A program made the translations under genes and the position numbers. The notes under the pieces were generated by a model. The model saw only the letters and a list, made by a program, of their open reading frames with translations. It was not told the DNA's origin and ran no database searches. 64,000 nucleotides of DNA from Dehalococcoidia bacterium (GTDB taxonomy: Bacteria; Chloroflexota; Dehalococcoidia; Lucifugimonadales; JAAXIE01). Each line of letters begins with the position of its first letter. Positions within the stretch are counted from its first letter, which is position 1. Shown here piece by piece: positions 57,828 to 64,000 of this stretch. The stretch covers positions 2,309,039-2,373,038 of the forward strand of contig OZ240229.1 in assembly GCA_965197805.1 (NCBI GenBank), read 5' to 3'.

Positions 57828-58334
57828 ATGCGTTATGTTTACCCATGTACCATCGTCCGCGACGAGGAAGAGAAGCGGTTAACCGGAAGAGAAGCGTACA
57901 CTGTGAGCTTTCCCGATGTGTATGGGTGCAATACGGGTGGATGGTCATGGAGGGAAGCGGTGGAGATGGCGATCGACGCGCTAGAAGTTGCAATCAGCTT
58001 TTATGTCGATGAGGGCAAAGACATTCCCACACCCAGCCCCGTTGCCGACGGTCAGGTGATGATCCCTATGCCACCCCTTGCCGCAGCCAAACTGTCCCTG
58101 TACATCGGCATGCGGGAGCAGGGCATCTCCAGTTCAGACCTCGCCGCCCGCTTGCAGTTGAGCGAAGATGCGGCGCGAAAGCTGTTTGACTTGCGCTATC
58201 GCACGCGCATCCGGCAAGTCGAAATCGCCCTGCTGGCTATCGGTCGCGCGGTGGCGACGGAGGATATGGATTTGGAGGCAGCGCCTCCCAAGTCACCAGA
58301 GCTCGTCGGAGGCAAGGCGGGCGCCCTCCGCTAG
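57828..58334 (+). CDS. hicB: HicB-family antitoxin with C-terminal HTH
   Basis: 168 aa. MRYVYPCTIVRDEEE...YTVSFPDVYGCNTGGWSWREAVEMAIDALEV is the HicB N-domain, and GISSSDLAARLQLSEDAARKL is an HTH. The 3' end overlaps the convergent metE-like gene by about 42 nt. Confidence 0.75.
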   Translation: MRYVYPCTIVRDEEEKRLTGREAYTVSFPDVYGCNTGGWSWREAVEMAIDALEVAISFYVDEGKDIPTPSPVADGQVMIPMPPLAAAKLSLYIGMREQGISSSDLAARLQLSEDAARKLFDLRYRTRIRQVEIALLAIGRAVATEDMDLEAAPPKSPELVGGKAGALR

Positions 58335-59429
58335 GGAGGCCAGCTTGGCCCACACGATCTCCGGCTCGACGGTTGCGATGGTGCGGGCGAAGGTGCCGAA
58401 GCCGCAATCGGAGCCGGCGATGACCCTATCGCGGCCTACTACGCGTGCATAGCGTGCTATGCGCTGGGCCACCAACTGCGGGTGCTCGATAAAGTTGGTG
58501 GTGGAGTCGACCACGCCGGGGATGATGACCTTGTCTTCCGGCAGTTTCATTTCTTGGAAAAGCGCCCACTCGTGCTCGTGGCGAGGGTTGGCCCCCTCGA
58601 AGGAGATGGCTTGTGGCCTCGCCCGGAGGGCCACGGAGAGCGCACTGCTCAGGGGGATGTCCTTGTGGTGGGGCCCTTCGTAGTTCCCCCAGCATAGATG
58701 AAGGCGCATCCGGTCCGGCGGGATGTCGCGGGTGGCGTGGTTCAAGGCCTCCAAGCTGGCGTCGGAGGCTCGAAAGAACTCTTGGTCACTAGCGTTGGCG
58801 AACTTCATATGGCGACCCATGGCGAGGTCGGGACAGTCCACTTGCAGCAGGAACCCCGCTGCCACGATGGCCTCGTATTCTTCCTTCATCAGTTCGGACA
58901 GCCTGCCTACGTATGCCTCGTGGCTGGGGTAGTGCTCGTTGCCTAGAAACAGGGCAATGACGCCTGGGGATGCTGCGGTCATGAAGGCCTCTGTGGGACT
59001 GGCGCCCTCTACCGCATCTCGGAAATTGGAGATGTCGGTCTGGTACGCCTCGCGGTCGGCCCACTCAAGGGGGGCGTTGCAGGCAGGCCGGTTCACGGTG
59101 GAGGACTGGCCGTACCGCTTCGAGGCTTCCGGGAAGTCGGCCCAATCGGCCCTGGCTGGGGCGGAGCTAATGCCACCAAAGCCGGTCAAGCGATGGCGCG
59201 GGTAGGTGGAGTAACCGACCTTCCCCTGCTCGCCGTCGCTTACGACGTCGATGCCTACCTCCACCTGCTTGCGCACTACTTCTGCGACTGCATCTCGTGC
59301 CTGTTGGGCTAGTGAGGCATCGTCTACGTCCTCGCCAGCGTCCTTGGCCTCGAGCATACGGGCAAGTTCGATTGGTCTGGGAAGGCTGCCGGTGTGGGTG
59401 GTGAGGATGCGCTCGGTGCTGTGCTTCAC
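58293..59429 (-). CDS. Cobalamin-independent methionine synthase II (MetE C-terminal-like) family protein
   Basis: 378 aa with ILTTHTGSLPRP, HLCWGNYEGPH and AGSDCGFG motifs. Confidence 0.8.
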   Translation of the reverse strand: MKHSTERILTTHTGSLPRPIELARMLEAKDAGEDVDDASLAQQARDAVAEVVRKQVEVGIDVVSDGEQGKVGYSTYPRHRLTGFGGISSAPARADWADFPEASKRYGQSSTVNRPACNAPLEWADREAYQTDISNFRDAVEGASPTEAFMTAASPGVIALFLGNEHYPSHEAYVGRLSELMKEEYEAIVAAGFLLQVDCPDLAMGRHMKFANASDQEFFRASDASLEALNHATRDIPPDRMRLHLCWGNYEGPHHKDIPLSSALSVALRARPQAISFEGANPRHEHEWALFQEMKLPEDKVIIPGVVDSTTNFIEHPQLVAQRIARYARVVGRDRVIAGSDCGFGTFARTIATVEPEIVWAKLASLAEGARLASDELW

Positions 59430-59459
59430 GAGAGACCTCCGTGTGTGCGTTCGGTCCCC

Positions 59460-59690
59460 TCTCTTCTCTTAGTGGGAGAGGGTTGAGGGTTAGGGTCTTA
59501 TGGAGGCTTTACGGGTAGCGTGGTCGAAATCATAGAGAGCTGCGATTCCGCTTTATCCCCTTCACCCCCGGATCAGGTCCGGGGCAGGCTCTAACCCTCT
59601 CCCGCCGGGGGAGAGGGGATATTCTGAGATAGCCTCCTTGGGGAGAGGGGATATTCTGAGGCGGCCTCCTTGGGGAGAGGGGGCTAGTAG
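59460..59690. repeat. Type B REP-like hairpins plus a 32 bp tandem repeat
   Basis: CCCTCTC...GAGAGGG and CCCTCTCCCGCCGGGGGAGAGGG hairpins are present. GGGAGAGGGGATATTCTGAGnnnGCCTCCTTG repeats at 59609 and 59641, with a partial copy at 59673. Confidence 0.75.
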
Positions 59691-59694
59691 GCCG

Positions 59695-60747
59695 CTACTT
59701 GAAGGCGGGCATTACTTCTTGGGTGAGGAGTCGCATGCTGCGTTGTACGGCTTCCTTTGGTAGCAGGCCGCCGGGGTTGAGTTCGGCGGTGAAGCCTGTC
59801 AGGCCTAGGGTCTCCTTGAACTGGATCAGCCGGTCGGCGACGCGGTCCGGGGTGCCGAAAATCACCTTGGTCTCCAGTATCTCCCCGTAACTGAGCTTCT
59901 CGAGGCGACGCACCCTGTCCTGGCGTGCGTGGGTTGGCTCCGAGCCGGAGCGGCCCAACCCTTCCTCGAATACCTCGCGCATCCGGGAGAAGTAAGCTTC
60001 GATGCTCTCCTTGGGTTCCTCCATGGCCTCGCGCTCGCTGCCGGCGACGTACACCGGGAAGCGCACCGAGACATCGCCCGCCTCTCCAGGGTGCCCTGCC
60101 TCTTTCCATGCCTTGCGGTAGTCGACTAGGTTGCGCTCCAAGTCGTCGATATCCATGCCGCGCATCGACAGGAATATGGGGTAGCCGAGGCGCCCCACGC
60201 GGGCAAAGCTGTCGTCGGTGGTGGACGCGAGGCGTATGGGAGGGTGGGGTTTCTGGTAGGGGGCAGGTGCGACGGTGGCGTCGTCGATGTTGTTGAACGT
60301 GCCGTGGTAGCTGAAGGGCTCGCCCTTCCATGCTTCCAGGATGATCTCCAAGGCCTCTTGGAACCGCTCCCTGCTCTCTGAATAAGGGACGCCCATTATG
60401 TCGTAGGCGCGGGCGTTACCGCTGCGCCCCACGCCGAACTCAAAGCGTCCCTCGCTAATCTGGTCGACGGTGGCGGCCTCTTCGGCTATGCGCAGGGGGC
60501 TTATCAGGGGCAGCACCTGCACAGCCATGCCGATGCGCAGCTTCTTGGTGCGCGCGGCGATGGCGCTGGCGACCACGATGGGGGCCGAGAGGACGGAGCG
60601 GTTGGGGTTGAAGTGCATCTCTCCGAGCCAGACGGAGTCGAGGCCCAGCTCTTCGCCCAAGTCCACCAAATCGAAGGACTCGCGGAAGGTCTCTTCTTGG
60701 GAATACCCACGGCGGCGAATGAAGTCGAGGAATACTCCGAAGTCCAT
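59695..60747 (-). CDS. LLM-class flavin/F420-dependent oxidoreductase
   Basis: 350 aa, with MDFGVFLDF...LGLDSVWLGEMHFN and LLM length and architecture. Confidence 0.8.
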   Translation of the reverse strand: MDFGVFLDFIRRRGYSQEETFRESFDLVDLGEELGLDSVWLGEMHFNPNRSVLSAPIVVASAIAARTKKLRIGMAVQVLPLISPLRIAEEAATVDQISEGRFEFGVGRSGNARAYDIMGVPYSESRERFQEALEIILEAWKGEPFSYHGTFNNIDDATVAPAPYQKPHPPIRLASTTDDSFARVGRLGYPIFLSMRGMDIDDLERNLVDYRKAWKEAGHPGEAGDVSVRFPVYVAGSEREAMEEPKESIEAYFSRMREVFEEGLGRSGSEPTHARQDRVRRLEKLSYGEILETKVIFGTPDRVADRLIQFKETLGLTGFTAELNPGGLLPKEAVQRSMRLLTQEVMPAFK

Positions 60748-60774
60748 GCTGCTTCCTCCTACTCGGACTCAATG

Positions 60775-61062
60775 GGCTTGGTTCCATGGGCTTGGTTCCA
60801 TGGGCGGGCGGGCAACCACGAGGGTTGCCCCTACGATGGTCTGGATCCTAGATGCGCGGGCAGCCACAAGGGTTGCCCCTGCGATGGGTCTCCGATCTAG
60901 ATGGGCTAGCAACCTTGTTGCGGGAAGCCCCACCCTGTGGCATCTTCGGCCCCTTCCCCGTCGAGGGGATGGGCTCAGGACTTGGGTCATTATACCAGCA
61001 GGGTGAAAGGGGGCGGGCAATAGACGCCAATCGGCATCAGGCGGCATCAGGCGGCATCAGGC
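60775..61062. repeat. Mixed short tandem repeats in the divergent intergenic region
   Basis: GGGCTTGGTTCCAT occurs twice. A unit of about 46 bp with the hairpin GGCAACCacgagGGTTGCC occurs 2-3 times. GGCATCAGGC occurs three times at 61033-61062. Confidence 0.75.
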
Positions 61063-61142
61063 GGCGTGCGCCTACGTTTGACGGCCTGTTGGCCGGTTTG
61101 TAGACTACCGCGAACAGAGGGTTGGCCTCTCAGCGGTGCTGG

Positions 61143-61185
61143 ATGCTGACCTAGCAATATGCTGACCTAACCACATGTTGACCTA
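61143..61185 (+). promoter_or_regulatory. Three direct repeats ATGYTGACCTA with an exact 16 bp period upstream of the MFS gene
   Basis: The copies start at 61143, 61159 and 61175. The last ends 34 nt before ATG 61219. Confidence 0.35.
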
Positions 61186-61218
61186 GAGGAGCCGTTTCCG
61201 CTGAACCTGCCTGCCGCC

Positions 61219-62502
61219 ATGCGCTACCCGTCTTACCGGACCTTCTGGTTGGGTAGCGTGGCTTCGATCAGTGGCTTCCAGATACTACGTTTCGGCCAGT
61301 TCTGGATCATCTACGAAATCACCGGGGCGTACCTGTCGTTGGGCTATATCGGGCTGGCCAACGGGCTGCCCGCGATATTCCTGAATCTGGCGGGAGGCGT
61401 TGCCGCCGACAAGGTGGACCAGCGGCGCCTCATCGTCGCCACTCAGCTGATTACGGCTGCTCTGACATTCCTGCTGGCCACCATCACCCTGCTCGATTGG
61501 GTGGAGGTGTGGCATCTGCTGGTCATCGCCTTTCTGGCGGGGTCTGTGGAAGCATTTGATCAACCGGCGCGGCGCGCTCTCTTCCCCCACTTGGTGGAGC
61601 GCAAGGACATGATGAGCGCCGTCGCCATGAACTCGTCCATCTGGCCCGGCACTCGTATCGCTGCTCCCGCCGTGGCTGGCTTCATCATCGCCGGTGCTGG
61701 GACAGCGGCGTGCTTCTATGTGGCGGCTGCGGGCTTTCTGGTCATGGCGGTAGTCACCTACGGGTTGAGGCTCCCTCACATCAGACGCTCCTCCGGCGGA
61801 GGCGCTGCCAGCGACATGAAGGAAGGCTTGGGCTTTATAAGGAGGAACTCCTCATTCTCATTCGTCATGGGACTGACCTTCTTCAACAGTTTGTTTGGCA
61901 CCAGCTACATCATGCTGATGCCCATCTTTGCGGTGGATATCCTGAAGATTGGGGCTGACGGCCAGGGCTTGTTGTTGGGCGTAGGGGCCGTCGGTTCACT
62001 GGTCACTGCGCTGTGGCTGGCCTCGCGCAGCAACGACGCCCCCCGAGCCTGGATCATCCTCATCAGCTGCGTGATGAGCGGGATCAGCGTAGCCGCCTTT
62101 GCGCTTACCTCGGAGTACGTGGGGTCCTTCGCCCTAGCCATGGGGTTGATGGTCATCCTGGGTATGTTCACGACGGCATTTAACACCTGCACACAGAGCT
62201 CCCTGCAGATGATGGTGCCCGACGAGTTCCGTGGGCGGGTGATGGGGTTCTACGGCATGACGTACAACATACGCCCGTTGGGCGGAGTGCAGGCCAGCGC
62301 CCTTGCAAGCATTGGGGCAGTGGGCGCGCCCCTCGCCCTAGCTATCGGCGGGGCCGCGGTGGTGGTGTACACCGTGGTCTCCGCCGCCCTCAAGCGCGAT
62401 TTGCGCTCTCTCGATGCGCAGGGGCCTCAGGACTCCGCTCCGGAGGCTGGGGCCGAGGGCGGTGCGCAGTCCACCGCGTCGTCGGAGGTGCGCTCGGGGT
62501 AG
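61219..62502 (+). CDS. MFS transporter
   Basis: 427 aa with about 12 hydrophobic segments. GGVAADKVDQRRL is the MFS loop 2-3 motif. Confidence 0.85.
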   Translation: MRYPSYRTFWLGSVASISGFQILRFGQFWIIYEITGAYLSLGYIGLANGLPAIFLNLAGGVAADKVDQRRLIVATQLITAALTFLLATITLLDWVEVWHLLVIAFLAGSVEAFDQPARRALFPHLVERKDMMSAVAMNSSIWPGTRIAAPAVAGFIIAGAGTAACFYVAAAGFLVMAVVTYGLRLPHIRRSSGGGAASDMKEGLGFIRRNSSFSFVMGLTFFNSLFGTSYIMLMPIFAVDILKIGADGQGLLLGVGAVGSLVTALWLASRSNDAPRAWIILISCVMSGISVAAFALTSEYVGSFALAMGLMVILGMFTTAFNTCTQSSLQMMVPDEFRGRVMGFYGMTYNIRPLGGVQASALASIGAVGAPLALAIGGAAVVVYTVVSAALKRDLRSLDAQGPQDSAPEAGAEGGAQSTASSEVRSG

Positions 62503-62572
62503 GGTTTCACCCTTGGATGAAGGTGCCACAATAGTGGTCGTGGTCAAGCTGTCCTAAAATCGGACGCCAGCC

Positions 62573-63118
62573 TTGGACAAAGTTTCACAACTTAAGGGGA
62601 TGAGATGGTCCAATTCCTCACAACGACAGGCGTTTCCCACCAACTCGAGGAAATCATCAAGAGCGCGAACGAGCCGGCTCGTGCTCATTAGCCCGTATCT
62701 CAAGATAAACACGCGCATCAAAGATCTCCTAGAAGATCAAGACCGTATGAAGCTTGACATTCGCCTCGTATATCGGAGTAGAGAGTTACGTCCAGGAGAA
62801 AACGATTGGCTCGAATCGATGACCTCCATAAGGACCAGCTATTGCGAGAGCCTACATGCCAAATGCTACTTGAGCGAACGCGAGGCTCTGACTACATCAA
62901 TGAATCTATATGAGTTCTCTCAGGTCAACAACGATGAGATGGGCCTGCTCGTGTCCCGTGAGGAAGACCCGTATCTCTACAACGAAATTTCCGAGGAGTC
63001 CAAGCGGATCATCAGAAAAAGCGAAGAGATTCGCGTGACGGTCGCGAAGGTCGCTGATTCAGAAGATGTCGGAGAGCCTAAAGGCTCCCAACCGGTTCCG
63101 TTTGCTTATAGGGTCTGA
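62573..63118 (+). CDS. PLD/HKD-superfamily nuclease-like protein, N-terminus apparently frameshifted
   Basis: LVLISPYLKINTR...LHAKCYLSEREALTTSMNLY is an HxK...(G/T)SxN HKD-like motif. A better N-terminus, MVQFLTTTGVSHQLEEIIKSANE, starts at 62605 in another frame and would join if one C near 62671-62675 were deleted. Low GC. Confidence 0.6.
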   Translation: MDKVSQLKGMRWSNSSQRQAFPTNSRKSSRARTSRLVLISPYLKINTRIKDLLEDQDRMKLDIRLVYRSRELRPGENDWLESMTSIRTSYCESLHAKCYLSEREALTTSMNLYEFSQVNNDEMGLLVSREEDPYLYNEISEESKRIIRKSEEIRVTVAKVADSEDVGEPKGSQPVPFAYRV

Positions 63119-63253
63119 CCTATGCCAGCATCTGGTCGCAATAGGGATCGAGGACACGGGGTGGTGCCGCAGTCTGATCCACTACGCGGACACGCAAGAA
63201 ATTGTGGTACGCTATGCAGTATTCCTGCGCCTGAAGAGAGATGGGAGAGACGG

Positions 63254-63970
63254 ATGCCTAATATCTTCTTTCTGGCCAAGTTCTTTGAGAAACCTGAGTA
63301 CGCTGTAGATTTCGTCCAAGGAAGGATATACGCGAACACACTCAAGTTCTTCCAAGAACTCGAATGCAGCAATCCCTCAGACAGAGCGGACCGTTACGAG
63401 GGCATAATGGCATGGCTCCAGCCGGAGGGAACTATCATGGAAATTGGGGGAGCCGTCATCACCGCTGACGACTTAGCTGGTCCGGTTGAAATAAGAACCA
63501 ATTGGGCAAACTACCTAAACGTCTTTTCCATGCATGCCGGGCACAGCGAGGCACTGGATGTACCAAGCCCCGCAGGGCTAACTGCCGAAGACATTCGGCG
63601 AGAGTTGCTGGTGCCGGAGGCCTGCGCTTCCTTCGGTGAGGATGCAGTCCTGGTGACTAACGCCTCCGAATTCATTGCTAGGGTCAAAACTGCATTACCG
63701 GCCGGATTTAAGCTCTACAGGGACCTAGTGCAGTACTACGACCCCGATGCATATAGCGGTCACTTTTATGGGGTAGAACCGGCCTTCCGAAAGCAACTTA
63801 GACACAGCTATGAACGCGAATATCGCTTGGCCTTCGAAAGTCCCTCCGAGCGCAAAAAGCCCTTGGATTTCAAGGTCGGTGACTTGAGCGACATCACCGT
63901 GAGAGTGAAGTTCTCCGACCTGAATTCAAGTCTCAGAGTGACGAGCCGCGACGACCTCAATCTCCCGTAG
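63254..63970 (+). CDS. Hypothetical protein, DUF2971-like pattern (weak)
   Basis: ORF 63122..63970; the likely start is MPNIFFLAKFFEKPEYAVDFVQGRIYANTLKFF at 63254. The C-terminal FRKQLRHSYEREYRLAF resembles the DUF2971 E-x-E-x-R region as I recall it. Low GC. Confidence 0.4.
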   Translation: MPNIFFLAKFFEKPEYAVDFVQGRIYANTLKFFQELECSNPSDRADRYEGIMAWLQPEGTIMEIGGAVITADDLAGPVEIRTNWANYLNVFSMHAGHSEALDVPSPAGLTAEDIRRELLVPEACASFGEDAVLVTNASEFIARVKTALPAGFKLYRDLVQYYDPDAYSGHFYGVEPAFRKQLRHSYEREYRLAFESPSERKKPLDFKVGDLSDITVRVKFSDLNSSLRVTSRDDLNLP

Positions 63971-64000
63971 CCAAGGCCAAGGGGACAGTGCGAAGCCAGC

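Noticed and set aside
3752-57840. The AT-rich heptamer GTTATGT/ACATAAC is apparently over-represented. Examples are near 11724, 14093, 15634, 15672, 16936, 23178, 26821, 31221, 31431, 34130, 34443, 34707, 37681, 45603, 56072 and 57831.
   Set aside because: Most copies lie inside genes and correspond to His-Asn or Asn-Ile codon pairs (CAT AAC, AAC ATA AC) in conserved motifs such as HNWV, EHND and RHNI. I could not compute a proper expectation. The few intergenic copies show no common flanks apart from the 9-bp inverted pair TTGTTATGT/ACATAACAA at 15633-15680, next to the hflX terminator.

Overview
This is a GC-rich bacterial chromosomal segment (roughly 60% GC by eye, not computed). By inference it comes from a Chloroflexota/Dehalococcoidia-like, SAR202-like lineage. 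The grounds are a tmRNA tag, GEREFALAA, that resembles the Dehalococcoides-type tag as I recall it, an auracyanin/azurin-like cupredoxin, an archaeal-type apgM, a thiolase next to a DUF35 domain, and many LLM, CaiB, Rieske, amidohydrolase-2 and PrpD paralogs. The housekeeping backbone is purB-HAD-purE-(acidic ORF)-purD-guaA, tsaC, pgk-apgM-tpiA, miaA, dapF-(Uma2)-dapL, hflX, ctpA, smpB-ssrA and dnaN. Between these lie catabolic genes: amidohydrolase plus Rieske oxygenase, two CaiB CoA-transferases, PrpD, two LLM oxidoreductases, an OXC/HACL-like TPP enzyme, and a GntR-regulated 2-oxoacid:ferredoxin oxidoreductase plus threonine dehydratase cluster. There are several visibly lower-GC islands and a repeat-ridden decay zone at about 49-55.7 kb containing an M28 peptidase pseudogene, an IS5 remnant and a tandem REP-like array. 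The most interesting observations follow. (1) A DUF3179 lipoprotein gene has a single in-frame TGA at what I recall as the first Cys of its CPLC motif, followed by a downstream hairpin, making it a candidate new selenoprotein. (2) A low-GC two-gene operon (dNK-like P-loop kinase plus divergent Nudix-like protein) sits beside an orphan phage TerS-like gene and is a candidate nucleotide-centred conflict system. (3) A low-GC PLD/HKD nuclease plus DUF2971-like pair sits at the window end. (4) A protein with a tandemly duplicated unknown domain fused to a NucS-like nuclease sits directly downstream of ssrA. (5) A thiolase is paired with an HMG-CoA-synthase-like::DUF35 fusion that appears to lack the catalytic Glu and Cys. 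No rRNA, tRNA or CRISPR array was found.
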